DNA of 63,232 nt from Candidatus Zixiibacteriota bacterium (lineage in GTDB: Bacteria; Zixibacteria; MSB-5A5; GN15; JAAZOE01): the NCBI GenBank assembly GCA_043819555.1, contig JBDREQ010000067.1, positions 1-63,232 on the forward strand, in the 5' to 3' direction. Under the pieces are notes generated by a model. That model did no database searches. It was given only the letters and a program-made list of their open reading frames with translations, and was not told the origin of the DNA. This document shows positions 12,554 through 22,798 of this stretch, piece after piece. A program made the translations under genes and the position numbers. The first letter of the stretch is position 1; every line of letters begins with the position of its first letter.

Positions 12554-13764
12554 CGGATACCTTTCCAGTGATTCAAAATATTGGCAACGGTCGAAGCCAT
12601 GGTAATATATCCAACCGACAGGGAATTTTCATCGGCAATAAATGCCGGATGATGCCAGGGCTTATCGGCTCCAATTTTCTTATTTTTTACACCCAGCCTG
12701 AACATGGATCCGGGTATTTTTTCAAGGTAACAGGCAAAATCCTCGCCTCCCAATACCTGCGGTACTTGAATAACCCTTCCTTTTGGATATACGGCTTTAA
12801 ATGAGTAGGAAACCAAATTATTAATTGTCTTGTTGGAAACAAAAAGAGGAAACTCGCCCACAGGAATAAATTGAGCCTTTGCCCCGAATCCGCGAGCAAT
12901 ATTAACGGCCGTACGCTTAATCAACGGCAACAACCTTTTTGCGTACTTCCGACTCAAGGATCTTGCCGTACCTTCAAGAAGAACTTCGCCGGCAATGACA
13001 TTGCGAACCGTTCCGCCCTTAATCGTTCCAAATGTCACGGCTACCGGTTCAATCGGATCAACCATTCGCGATACGACTTGTTGGATTCCAGAGATAATCT
13101 CGGCCGCCGCGGTAATGGCGTCAATAGATTGATGCGGCAATGCCGCATGGCCGGTTCTGCCCTGGACTCGGATATTAAAATCAAAAGTCGCCGCCATCGT
13201 AACGCCGTCGCGAAGCCCAATCGAACCGACCGGAATGGTTGGATCGGTATGAAGGGCAAGAATAGCGTCAACCTTCGGATTTTTTAATACTCCCGCCCGT
13301 ATTATAGAATAAGCCCCTCCGGGAGGGACTTCCTCGGCTGGCTGGCAGATAAATTTTATTTTTCCTCGAAGAGCTTTTTTGTGCTTAGCCAGCAGACGCG
13401 CGGTTCCAATAAGAACGGCCGCATGAATATCATGACCGCAGGCATGACTAATACCTTCTCTTAATGACATATAAGGCAAACCCGTCTCTTCCATGATGGG
13501 CAGGGCGTCAATGTCGGCTCGGACCGCAACCGTCGGTCCTTTTTTCCCGGTATCCAACTCCGCCCATAAACCGGTTGGCGCATAACCATCAACAATTTTC
13601 AATTTCAGTTTTTGTAATTCGGATTTCAGCCGGGCGGTAGTATTAAACTCTTGATTTCCGATTTCAGGATTTTGATGCAGCCATCGCCTGAGTTTTATAA
13701 TTGAATCGGCGATTTTCAGACCATCCCGTTGAAAATCGGAAAATAATTTTGGAAGATTTTCCAT
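12550..13764 (-). CDS. M20D family amidohydrolase
   Basis: LHQNPE, RADIDALP, HACGHD, QPAEE, GGEDF, WHHP. Confidence 0.93.
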   Translation of the reverse strand: MENLPKLFSDFQRDGLKIADSIIKLRRWLHQNPEIGNQEFNTTARLKSELQKLKLKIVDGYAPTGLWAELDTGKKGPTVAVRADIDALPIMEETGLPYMSLREGISHACGHDIHAAVLIGTARLLAKHKKALRGKIKFICQPAEEVPPGGAYSIIRAGVLKNPKVDAILALHTDPTIPVGSIGLRDGVTMAATFDFNIRVQGRTGHAALPHQSIDAITAAAEIISGIQQVVSRMVDPIEPVAVTFGTIKGGTVRNVIAGEVLLEGTARSLSRKYAKRLLPLIKRTAVNIARGFGAKAQFIPVGEFPLFVSNKTINNLVSYSFKAVYPKGRVIQVPQVLGGEDFACYLEKIPGSMFRLGVKNKKIGADKPWHHPAFIADENSLSVGYITMASTVANILNHWKGIR

Positions 13765-13778
13765 AAGCTTATTCCATG

Positions 13779-14459
13779 TTAAAAATTATGGTTTCTTTTT
13801 CTTTTCCCCGCTAATCTATGTGCCGCTCTTAAGGGTTCCGGCATTCGATACCGGCTTACACACCGTGCGACAATTTCCCTGGCCCCGTTTATATCGCAAA
13901 GATGACCGGGCGAAATAAAAATCGGGTTGAATTCTTCGCGGCTTCGGTAAACGATTCCAACCGGAACGTTATCATATAATAAATCCGAATAGCTTCCCCG
14001 CCTTATGCCCGGATCGTGAAAAACTCCGACCAGTTTTTTTCGAGCGCATCCGATCGAAGGAATACCGGTAATCAATCCCATATGGCTGGCCAGTCCAAAT
14101 TTCCTGGGATGGGCAATACCGTGCCCTGAATATATAATCAAATCAGGGCTGGTTTCTAATTCTCTAAAGGCTTTCAAAACCACAGAACCCTCCCGAAAGG
14201 CCTGCAGGCCGGGAACATAAGGAAAACTTGCCATGGCAGAGCCAGTTTTTTGCTCAATCAATCTTAGTCTAGGATATGAAAAAACACAGACTCCTGCAAT
14301 TAATAAATTGGACTTCTGATCGAAGGCGATATCAATGCCGCCTATTTTCTCGACGACTTTATCCAATTGGCGGATCTGAATCTGCCTCCGAAGCTTATTT
14401 TGAATTACTATTGCCTCAGGTTGATCTACATCCCAAGCGTGCAGTTCCTGAAAATCCAT
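13779..14459 (-). CDS. nfi: Endonuclease V family protein (third catalytic Asp replaced by Ser)
   Basis: GGIDIAF, FPYVPGL.AFRE, GHGIAHPR.FGLASHMG, PSIGCA, ISPGH, RMPEPLR.AH; start MDFQ after AAGGGG SD. Confidence 0.9.
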   Translation of the reverse strand: MDFQELHAWDVDQPEAIVIQNKLRRQIQIRQLDKVVEKIGGIDIAFDQKSNLLIAGVCVFSYPRLRLIEQKTGSAMASFPYVPGLQAFREGSVVLKAFRELETSPDLIIYSGHGIAHPRKFGLASHMGLITGIPSIGCARKKLVGVFHDPGIRRGSYSDLLYDNVPVGIVYRSREEFNPIFISPGHLCDINGAREIVARCVSRYRMPEPLRAAHRLAGKRKRNHNF

Positions 14460-14639
14460 AGCTTTCCCCTTACTTATGAGAACCGCTTTCCCCAATACTT
14501 CTATTGAATTTCAAGGCATAATAAAAATCGATATGCGAAAAAATCCCCCAAAAACCATTTTCCCATTATCAGTTTCTATTTGAAATAGCGATTCCCCCCC
14601 ATTAATTCATTTAATATCCCCGTTTTCCCATTTTTTCCG

Positions 14640-14933
14640 TCAATCGTTAAACAAATCGTCAAAGTTTCTTTTTCTGGATTCTTTGTCGTTCATCCGCTCC
14701 AGTTTCTTCGCCCCGACGACACGGGCCGCGAAATAATCACAGAAGTTTGCTTTGTCCTTAATTTTCACTGTCTCATCTATTCTTTCCCGGCAATGGCGGG
14801 CGGAGTGGGGATCATAAAATTGGCAGCCCCGGCAACATCTTAAATCTGCAAGGCAAGAGGGACAACTGTCATTGCGAAAAGGCTTTCCCTTCACTAAAGT
14901 CAATTTGCCGCAATTCCAACAAGTCAAACCCAT
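14640..14933 (-). CDS. Small Cys-rich (zinc-finger-like) hypothetical protein
   Basis: CWNC..CPSC..C.GC..C..C.YF and FDDLF C-terminus; AAGGAG SD. Confidence 0.75.
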   Translation of the reverse strand: MGLTCWNCGKLTLVKGKPFRNDSCPSCLADLRCCRGCQFYDPHSARHCRERIDETVKIKDKANFCDYFAARVVGAKKLERMNDKESRKRNFDDLFND

Positions 14934-15029
14934 TTGGGTCTCCTTAATAATATAAGATATTCATTTTACAAAAAATGTCAACCAATTCTCACCCATGCCA
15001 GAGATTATTTATCCATGATAATATCTAAT

Positions 15030-15059
15030 TTGACAATCGCCTAAAAAAAGACGTACCAT
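15030..15059 (+). promoter_or_regulatory. Sigma70-type promoter upstream of phosphomannomutase
   Basis: TTGACA-18 bp-TACCAT, then GGGGAG SD. Confidence 0.45.
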
Positions 15060-15076
15060 AATGCAAACAGGGGAGA

Positions 15077-16420
15077 ATGATGAATATTGATAAAGCGATA
15101 TTCAAGACATATGATATTCGGGGGATAGTCCCCGATCAATTGACATCCGATATAGCGTATGCCATTGGAAATGGCCTGGCGGGATATTTGAAGCCGACAT
15201 CGATCGCGATCGGCCGCGATATGCGAATGTCTTCAGATGAGTTATTCCAGGGATTGAGCGATGGTATTCTCGATCGCGGTGTCGATGTCGTTGATCTGGG
15301 CATGATTTCAACCGATGCCTTGTATTTTGCGGTTGGAAAGTACGGCTATGACGGCGGTATCATGATTACCGCTTCGCATAACCCATCCAATTATAACGGT
15401 TTTAAGATGTGTCGGAAAAACGCGGTTCCGTTATCCGGAGCCGATGGCTATGATTATATCGCTGATGCAATAAAAAACGATAAAATAGAAAAAACGCCCC
15501 AACGAGGTTCTATAGTACGGAAGGATATAATCGAAGCCTTTACCGCACATGCTCTTTCGTTTATAGATCCGACGGTAATCAAACCATATAATATCGTCAT
15601 CGATGCCGGCAACGGAATGGGCGGAATCGCCCTGCCTCCAGTTTTTGACCGTTTGCCGTGCAAAATTACACCGTTGTTTTATGAACCCGACGGCACTTTT
15701 CCCAATCATCCACCCAATCCCATTGAAGCGGAGAATTTAATCTCATTACAGCGGAAAATGGCTGAGGTCAAATCCGATTTGGGCGCGGCTTTTGACGGCG
15801 ACGCCGATCGCATGTTTCTTCTAATGAAAGACGGTACTGCTCTGGGAGGCGACATGGTCACAGCTCTGGTGGCCGATAATATTCTCATGCGCCAACCGGG
15901 TGAGACAATATTATATAATTTAATTTGCAGCCGCGCGGTTCCCGAACTCATTAAGCGCAAAGGCGGAATACCGGTCCGGACTCGCGTCGGGCATGCCATT
16001 ATTAAACCGCTAATGAAAAAGCATAATGCCATCTTCGGCGGGGAACATTCAGGCCATTTTTACTTCAGGGATAACTGGTTCGCTGATTCGGGGCTTATTG
16101 CTCTTCTGGTTTGTCTGGAACTTTTGTCAAAATCAGGCCGGGAACTGGGCGATATTCTCAATGAAATTGATCCCTACATCCGTTCTGGAGAAATCAACAG
16201 CCGGGTTGAATCGGCGCAGAATAAAATGGATCAATTAGCCGATATATATAAGGATGGCGAAATCGATAATATTGACGGATTGACCGTACAATATACAGAT
16301 TGGTGGTTTAATTTGAGACCATCTAATACCGAACCGCTTCTACGCCTGAATGTGGAGGCTAACAATAAGCAACTGCTTGAGCACAAGGTCGGCCGTTTGC
16401 TTGAGATTATTAGAAACTAA
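15077..16420 (+). CDS. Phosphomannomutase/phosphoglucomutase
   Basis: YDIRG, ITASHNP, FDGDADR, GGEHSGH, RPSNTEP. Confidence 0.96.
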   Translation: MMNIDKAIFKTYDIRGIVPDQLTSDIAYAIGNGLAGYLKPTSIAIGRDMRMSSDELFQGLSDGILDRGVDVVDLGMISTDALYFAVGKYGYDGGIMITASHNPSNYNGFKMCRKNAVPLSGADGYDYIADAIKNDKIEKTPQRGSIVRKDIIEAFTAHALSFIDPTVIKPYNIVIDAGNGMGGIALPPVFDRLPCKITPLFYEPDGTFPNHPPNPIEAENLISLQRKMAEVKSDLGAAFDGDADRMFLLMKDGTALGGDMVTALVADNILMRQPGETILYNLICSRAVPELIKRKGGIPVRTRVGHAIIKPLMKKHNAIFGGEHSGHFYFRDNWFADSGLIALLVCLELLSKSGRELGDILNEIDPYIRSGEINSRVESAQNKMDQLADIYKDGEIDNIDGLTVQYTDWWFNLRPSNTEPLLRLNVEANNKQLLEHKVGRLLEIIRN

Positions 16421-16421
16421 T

Positions 16422-17180
16422 ATGAATGATTCTTTGATGATTTTGGTTGTTGATGATGATCCCCTGCTTCTGGATCTGATGATTGAGACGCTGGATACCA
16501 TCGGCTATAGAGCCGACGGCGTTTTGGGCGGCAAAGAAGCCCTTGAGTATTTGGAAGACAGCGACGTTCAGCTCCTTATAACTGATATTAAGATGCCGGG
16601 GATGGATGGAATTGAGCTTTCTCAGCAAGTCAAAAAATTATATCCCAGGCTTCCTGTTATTTTTATCAGCGCCGCTTTCTCTCCGGAGGTATTACAAAGA
16701 ATCGAAGGCGATCCGTTTCTCGCCAAGCCGTTTCGAATTAGTCAGATCGAGGCTTTGATAGAAAATTCTTTGAAACCGGAATCTGAAGTCATGTCGACCA
16801 AACCGGTAGATTCTATTCTGGTCGTGGATGATGATGATGGATTCAGAATTATGCTGATGGAGAACCTAAAAATATCCGGATATAATGTATGCGGCGCGGC
16901 CGACGCGACAAAAGCCCTGGAACGGCTCAAACAGGGCGGCATCAATTCGGTGATTACTGATTTTAAGATGCCGGGAATGGATGGAATATCTCTTTCCCGA
17001 TATATCCGCCAGCAATGGCCCGAAATGCCCATTATTCTCATCACGGCTTACATTAACATAGATGAAGATCCCGATATTCGGTTTAACGATGCCGACGGAT
17101 ATTTGATGAAACCGTTTAAGATTGACAGTATTACCGGATTACTGGAAATGATAAAACGGGAAAAAACAAAATCAAGATAA
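16422..17180 (+). CDS. Tandem receiver-domain response regulator with no output domain
   Basis: Two VVDDD...ITD.KMPGMDG...KPF repeats; ATG at 16422. Confidence 0.9.
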   Translation: MNDSLMILVVDDDPLLLDLMIETLDTIGYRADGVLGGKEALEYLEDSDVQLLITDIKMPGMDGIELSQQVKKLYPRLPVIFISAAFSPEVLQRIEGDPFLAKPFRISQIEALIENSLKPESEVMSTKPVDSILVVDDDDGFRIMLMENLKISGYNVCGAADATKALERLKQGGINSVITDFKMPGMDGISLSRYIRQQWPEMPIILITAYINIDEDPDIRFNDADGYLMKPFKIDSITGLLEMIKREKTKSR

Positions 17181-17215
17181 CTGGAATTCAATCGGCGTTA
17201 AACGGTTCGCAATTC

Positions 17216-17716
17216 TCACAATTTGGGAACTTCCATCCCATATTTATTCCATTCTTCTCGGGCCGGCCCGTAAATTCCGGCCACCGGTAATCCCGCCAAC
17301 CGCATCAAGATCGTCATCTGGCCCCGGTGATGGATTTCATGCTTGATAAGAATCCAGAGAGTTATTCCACGCTGCCATTTTTCGCCGTACATCTCATCTT
17401 CGATGAACATATCCTCATCTTTCCACTTCTTGACGGCATCCATTAGGCAGGATGCATGTTTGCGATATGCCCCGACTATCTCGGCGGCATCGGCCGGGAT
17501 CGGGTCTTTTTCAGTGGGACCCCCGGCATTTATTCCAAGTTTCTCGAGCATTTCCGGAATTGTGGTTATTATATGCCAGGCTACCCGGCCGATATTGCGA
17601 ATATCAGAATGCTCCGGTTTTTTGAGAGATTCGTCCTTCAAAAGCTCCAACAATTTTATCGTGGAATTCATTTCCGCTTCCCATGACTGCACAAAATGTC
17701 CGACGCTTAAAAACAT
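17216..17716 (-). CDS. DinB family protein
   Basis: AWHI, HEIHHRGQ..R..G.PV.GIYGP. Confidence 0.9.
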   Translation of the reverse strand: MFLSVGHFVQSWEAEMNSTIKLLELLKDESLKKPEHSDIRNIGRVAWHIITTIPEMLEKLGINAGGPTEKDPIPADAAEIVGAYRKHASCLMDAVKKWKDEDMFIEDEMYGEKWQRGITLWILIKHEIHHRGQMTILMRLAGLPVAGIYGPAREEWNKYGMEVPKL

Positions 17717-17878
17717 ATATCTTCCTTAAATGAGATTTGATTATTTTCACTTATAAACATCGTACGCTCAAATTATCCCTTTCAATTGAATGTCCCAAGA
17801 TATCAATTTTCTAAATATCCGAAATTACTTACTCCAAATATCCTGTTTTATCTGTCCGGTTTTACTATATTATTGATT

Positions 17879-18799
17879 ATGAATCAAACTGAGCTTACAA
17901 AGAGTATTAAAATTAAATCGTCTCAACTCGGCTTTGACGCAGTCGGCATAACTTCCCCGGGAAAGATGGGTGATGCAATAAAACGGTTAAACAAATGGCT
18001 TGAACAGGGCATGCACGGCACAATGGCTTTTATGGCCAATTCGGCCGAGAAACGAATCCACCCTTGTAATATCATGTCTGAAGTCAAATCAATAATAGTC
18101 CTGGCGCATAATTATTATCAGGTTAACAGGTCCAAATCAAAGTACTATAGAATTTCAAAATATGCTCATGGAAAAGATTATCATGACGTTTTGCGCCGAA
18201 AAGCCAAATTACTTTTGGAATATATTACTGAATTGATACCATGCGCAAGTGGGCAAATCTGTGTCGACAGCGCACCGATATTTGAAAAGGCGTATGCTCA
18301 AAAAGCAGGTCTTGGATGGATTGGGAAAAATGGGATTCTAATTTTGCCGAGATTGGGAAGCTATTTCTTTTTGTGCGAGCTGCTGATTGATATTGAACTT
18401 GATTATGACAAACCCGAAACCGATCATTGCGGCCGCTGCCGATTATGCCTCGACGCCTGCCCCACCGGGGCCATCCCCGAACCTTATGTAGTCAACGCCT
18501 CAGAATGTGTTTCGTATTTGACGATTGAACATAAAGGCGAGATGCCCATGAAAATGAAAAGTAAATACAATAAATGGATTTTCGGATGCGATGATTGTCA
18601 GGATGTTTGCCCCTTTAACCGATTCGCAAAATCAAATTCGCACCCTGATTTCCAGCCTTCCAATGAAATGGCTAAAATGAGCAATGATGACTGGAAAAAT
18701 CTAACCGAAGTAAAATTCAACCAAATATTCGAAGGCTCGACAATAAAACGAACCGGTTATGAAAAATTCATGCGCAATATCCGCTTTCTCGATGATTAG
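17879..18799 (+). CDS. queG: tRNA epoxyqueuosine reductase
   Basis: YA.GKDYH, VDSAP..EK, CGRCRLCLDACPTGA, FGCDDCQDVCPFN; likely start MNQTEL at 17879. Confidence 0.95.
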   Translation: MNQTELTKSIKIKSSQLGFDAVGITSPGKMGDAIKRLNKWLEQGMHGTMAFMANSAEKRIHPCNIMSEVKSIIVLAHNYYQVNRSKSKYYRISKYAHGKDYHDVLRRKAKLLLEYITELIPCASGQICVDSAPIFEKAYAQKAGLGWIGKNGILILPRLGSYFFLCELLIDIELDYDKPETDHCGRCRLCLDACPTGAIPEPYVVNASECVSYLTIEHKGEMPMKMKSKYNKWIFGCDDCQDVCPFNRFAKSNSHPDFQPSNEMAKMSNDDWKNLTEVKFNQIFEGSTIKRTGYEKFMRNIRFLDD

Positions 18800-18802
18800 T
18801 AC

Positions 18803-19444
18803 TTATTCCAAATCAATAATCACAAAATAGTCTCGATTCATTTTTTCAATTTTATACTTATTGCACTTCAATCGGGACAAAATCATCTCGAGTTGCCGGT
18901 ACGTATACATATACAGGTCGCATCGTTTTTTATAGCGGATCCTTCTTTGCCATGCTAAGATTCCTTCGGCCCGAGGAAAACTCATCAAAATTTTCCGATG
19001 CGTCATTGAAACAATTTTCGAAATAAACTTATCGGGATTTTCTATATAATCAAAAAAACCCATGGCTATCGCATAATCGAAATTTTGGGAGAAATCATAC
19101 AAAATAAAATCTCCGATTATGAACTCGCACTTATCGCTCACCTTCGCACGAACGGCTTTTTGATTACCCATTTCGATCATAACCGGCGCAAAATCAATAC
19201 CCGTCACGCGCATTCCCATTGAAGCCAGAGCTACATCGTAATGGCCCGGTCCGCACCCGATATCAAGAACGGTTTTGCCTTCGTTTCCAGAGCATACTTC
19301 CAAAGTTTTTTCAAAACGAAGGCGCATACTTTTCCGGAATAACCGATTGATAAATTTTTTCAACAGCCCGACATCATCGCCGTAAATAGCATCAAAATCG
19401 GCGGCATAACTGTTAAAAAAATATGAGGTCTTATCCGGTGTCAT
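18803..19444 (-). CDS. Class I SAM-dependent methyltransferase
   Basis: VLDIGCGPG, GIDFA. Confidence 0.9.
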   Translation of the reverse strand: MTPDKTSYFFNSYAADFDAIYGDDVGLLKKFINRLFRKSMRLRFEKTLEVCSGNEGKTVLDIGCGPGHYDVALASMGMRVTGIDFAPVMIEMGNQKAVRAKVSDKCEFIIGDFILYDFSQNFDYAIAMGFFDYIENPDKFISKIVSMTHRKILMSFPRAEGILAWQRRIRYKKRCDLYMYTYRQLEMILSRLKCNKYKIEKMNRDYFVIIDLE

Positions 19445-20277
19445 TGAATGACCTCTCTTTTTATATATTCATTCATCGTAATCCACGAATGTCGATCAAG
19501 CAAGCTGTTTATTTTGTTTTCCATTCCTCTCAGATTAACATAACTTTTAAACCGGCGATAAAAATTCATTGGCAATCGAGGCTGCTCGGGATCTATGTCG
19601 CGTGGATGAATATAAAATATGACCGGCCAATTATCCAATAATACGTTCCCTGCCATTTTATTTATTAACCTTTCGGGAAATAATCTCAAATACCCGCCAC
19701 CAAAAAAACACATCCTCCGGCCCCAAATTTTGGAGACGGATATCGGGAATTCAATTAATTTTCCAGACGGAGTTTCAATTAAATGCGGAGCCTTATTGGC
19801 CGTTTTTATTCCTCCATGACCCCGACGAGCGGGGAATACAGATGAATCGTACTCATATCCGCAGCGGATCAACACATCAAAAAACCAGGGGCATTTTTCC
19901 GTTATTGAAAATCCGGCCGAACGGTAGCCAAGCACTTCCTGTCCCGAAATATCCTCAATTATTTTTTTCGATTTGACGGCATCATCGGAAAATTCTTTCT
20001 CGGACATTTCAAACACAAGTTTATGGCCATATCCATGAGAAGCGATTTCATGACCTCGGGAAACGCTTTCAGTAACAAGATGTGGATATTTTTCGGCGAT
20101 CCACCCCAGGAAAAAACAGGTCGCTTTAATATTCTTTTCAGAGAAGATATTGAGAAGACGATAATAGTTTTTTTCTACGCGTGAAGGCAACTTATCCCAT
20201 TCGGTGAATGGAGGTGCGGATGGAATATCAAGAATATGAAACCAATCCTCAATATCTATGGTAAAAATGCAATTCAT
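19441..20277 (-). CDS. Polysaccharide deacetylase (CE4, DUF3473-type)
   Basis: TIDIEDWFH, HEIASHG..H, GYR, GGGYLRLFP, FYIHP.DIDP. Confidence 0.9.
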   Translation of the reverse strand: MNCIFTIDIEDWFHILDIPSAPPFTEWDKLPSRVEKNYYRLLNIFSEKNIKATCFFLGWIAEKYPHLVTESVSRGHEIASHGYGHKLVFEMSEKEFSDDAVKSKKIIEDISGQEVLGYRSAGFSITEKCPWFFDVLIRCGYEYDSSVFPARRGHGGIKTANKAPHLIETPSGKLIEFPISVSKIWGRRMCFFGGGYLRLFPERLINKMAGNVLLDNWPVIFYIHPRDIDPEQPRLPMNFYRRFKSYVNLRGMENKINSLLDRHSWITMNEYIKREVIQ

Positions 20278-20429
20278 ATTTTCCTTAACTGAAAGGAATG
20301 ATACATTCCCCGTTTAACACTGTCAAGGGCGGGAAAATATCATAAGCGTCACGATATTTATTATTTGGTTTTTGTCGTAGATTTTGGTATGATTTTATCG
20401 TTAACTATCACTATACCGGAGGATATGTT

Positions 20430-20897
20430 ATGAGACTTTATCTCGTTCAACATGCTCTGGCCAAACCAAAAGATGAAGACCCTGATCGCACATTATCTGA
20501 AGAAGGCCTTTCTGAATTATCAAAAATCATGACGTTTTTGGACCATAATACGAGATTGAATATTAGCGCTATTTTTCACAGCGGCAAAACTCGCGCGCTG
20601 CAGACTGCCGAAATATTCCATGCCCAGTTAAGACCTCAGCCCAAATTGATGGAGAGTCACGGCCTGGGCCCCATGGATTCTCCCGAAATCTGGAAGGAAA
20701 AGGCCAACAATCTTGATGACGATGCCATGATTGTCGGGCATCTCCCCCACCTGAGCAGATTAATTTCACTGTTAATATGCGGGGTTCCCGATATTCCTAT
20801 TATTTGTTTTTATAATTCCGGAATTATCTGTCTTAATCGGGATAATGGAAGCAACTGGCAATTCGATTGGGCCGTGATTCCCGAAATATTAAAATAG
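20430..20897 (+). CDS. sixA: Phosphohistidine phosphatase SixA-like
   Basis: LYLVQHA.A, R.LS..G, HSGKTRA.QTA, IVGHLP. Confidence 0.85.
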   Translation: MRLYLVQHALAKPKDEDPDRTLSEEGLSELSKIMTFLDHNTRLNISAIFHSGKTRALQTAEIFHAQLRPQPKLMESHGLGPMDSPEIWKEKANNLDDDAMIVGHLPHLSRLISLLICGVPDIPIICFYNSGIICLNRDNGSNWQFDWAVIPEILK

Positions 20898-20899
20898 CA

Positions 20900-22084
20900 T
20901 CATTTCGCAAAGCGGTGTTTTGTCAGCAGACAAATCCTGACCAGCATCAACATCACCGGAACTTCGATTAATACGCCAACGACGGTCGCCAGCGATGCTC
21001 CCGATGATAATCCAAACAGCATCGTCGCGGTTGCGATGGCTACTTCAAAATGATTGGAAGCCCCGATCATGGCCGTCGGAGCGGCGTTCTCATAACTCAA
21101 TCTCAGAAATTTGGATAAACCATATCCCAGAGCGAAAATAAATACTGTCTGAATAAATAACGGTACCGCGATCCATAAAATCGTCAAGGGTGCGGAGACG
21201 ATCATTTCACCCTTAAAAGAGAATAAAAGAATAAGAGTAACCAAAAGCGCGATTATCGTGATCGGCGTTAATACCGGAAGAAATTTCTCCTTGAAATAAT
21301 TTGCACCTTTAAGCCTAAGAATAATTTTGCGCGAAAAGAAACCGGCTGCAAGGGGTAACGCGACATAAATTCCTATGGAAAGTAAAAGAGCCTGCCATGG
21401 AACCGGTAGCCGTCCTACGCCCAGCAAAAATCCTCCCAGGGGGCCGAATAAAAACAGCATTGTCAGAGAATTTATAGCCACCATCACCAAAGTATGCCCA
21501 TCGTTGCCGCGAGCCAGAAATCCCCAGACCAAAACCATTGCCGTGCATGGGGCAATCCCCAGGAGAATACATCCCGCCAGATAGCTCCGCCATAAGGGGA
21601 CTTCGAGCATCTTGATCCCATTTACCAAAACAACCCGACCCTCGCCATATATATTACCTACATCAAGATTTAATCCAAATGGCATCTTGATATAATCAAC
21701 CGCATCCGGCCCGATAAATTCATGAAACAGGTAGCCCAGAAAAAGGGTAGCGATAGCAAACATCGTAAATGGTTTTATCAACCAGTTTATTACAAGGGTT
21801 AACGCCACCGGTTTGACATTTTTACTCGCTTTGAGGACTTCGGCAAAATCAATTTTTACCATGATAGGATACATCATAAAAAATAAACAGACCGCGATTG
21901 GTATAGAAACAACCGGCGCTTGATTGACATATATCGCCATCCCATCAAGATATTCGGCAATGCCGGGAGCGACTTTCCCCATCAGTATTCCTCCGGCAAT
22001 ACACAGGAAAACCCAGATGGTCAAATATCGCTCAAAAAAATTCAATCCTTGCGGAGTCTTAGTTATACAAGCCTGTGCAGCCAT
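20900..22084 (-). CDS. acr3: ACR3 family arsenite efflux transporter
   Basis: [52 protein letters not shown]. Confidence 0.95.
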   Translation of the reverse strand: MAAQACITKTPQGLNFFERYLTIWVFLCIAGGILMGKVAPGIAEYLDGMAIYVNQAPVVSIPIAVCLFFMMYPIMVKIDFAEVLKASKNVKPVALTLVINWLIKPFTMFAIATLFLGYLFHEFIGPDAVDYIKMPFGLNLDVGNIYGEGRVVLVNGIKMLEVPLWRSYLAGCILLGIAPCTAMVLVWGFLARGNDGHTLVMVAINSLTMLFLFGPLGGFLLGVGRLPVPWQALLLSIGIYVALPLAAGFFSRKIILRLKGANYFKEKFLPVLTPITIIALLVTLILLFSFKGEMIVSAPLTILWIAVPLFIQTVFIFALGYGLSKFLRLSYENAAPTAMIGASNHFEVAIATATMLFGLSSGASLATVVGVLIEVPVMLMLVRICLLTKHRFAK

Positions 22085-22102
22085 AACATATTCCTGATTA
22101 GT

Positions 22103-22672
22103 TTATTCCTTTTTTCCTCGGGGACATTCCCAAGGCGTATCTAAAACTCCGGCCCGATGATTTACTGTCCGGGCCATGACAAAAAACAAATCAGATAAGC
22201 GATTCAAATACTTCAACACTAAACTAGCCGACCCATCTTCCTTTAGCAAAGCCACCGTCCAGCGCTCCGCCCTCCGACAAACCGTACGGGCCAGTTGCAG
22301 ATAAATCGCTTCGGTTGTTCCGGTGGGGATAATAAATTGTTTAAGCTCGGGCAGTTCGGATTCGAGTCCATCAATCCATTTTTCCAACAACTCTATATCT
22401 TTTTCCTGAATGCGATCAATCACGGTCTTTTTATCTTCGGGAGTGGCAAGATCGGCCCCGACAATAAACATAAGGTTCTGGATACTTGATAATTTTTCGT
22501 CAATATCAGGGTCAAGTTTCCCAGCTCGGGCCAGTCCAATTATGGCGTTGCATTCATCGACCGAACCGTAGGCATGCAAGCGAACATCGTCTTTACCTGC
22601 CCTCTGGCCTCCCAGAAGTCCGGTAGTCCCCTTATCTCCAGTTTTGGTATATATTTTCACTTTTTTCATCAT
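22103..22672 (-). CDS. ATP:cob(I)alamin adenosyltransferase, PduO type
   Basis: KIYTKTGDKGTT, YGSVDE.N, RTVCRRAER, YLNRLSD. Confidence 0.95.
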   Translation of the reverse strand: MMKKVKIYTKTGDKGTTGLLGGQRAGKDDVRLHAYGSVDECNAIIGLARAGKLDPDIDEKLSSIQNLMFIVGADLATPEDKKTVIDRIQEKDIELLEKWIDGLESELPELKQFIIPTGTTEAIYLQLARTVCRRAERWTVALLKEDGSASLVLKYLNRLSDLFFVMARTVNHRAGVLDTPWECPRGKKE

Positions 22673-22752
22673 ACATCTCCTGGAATCAATAGGATATTAA
22701 ATATTAAAACGTAGGCGTCGAAAACACAATTTGAAATAAATTATATTTACCC

Positions 22753-22787
22753 AAAAGAAAAAGCCCGATTTTGGAAATCGGCCCTTT
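22753..22787 (-). terminator. Intrinsic terminator after the M28 peptidase gene
   Basis: CCGATTT/AAATCGG hairpin followed by a T-rich tail on the minus strand. Confidence 0.55.
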
Positions 22788-22798
22788 ATTAACTTGTT

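Noticed and set aside
20900..22084. Loop insertion in Acr3 and absence of arsR/arsC
   Set aside because: Stand-alone acr3 genes and loop-length variants are common; nothing else points to a new system
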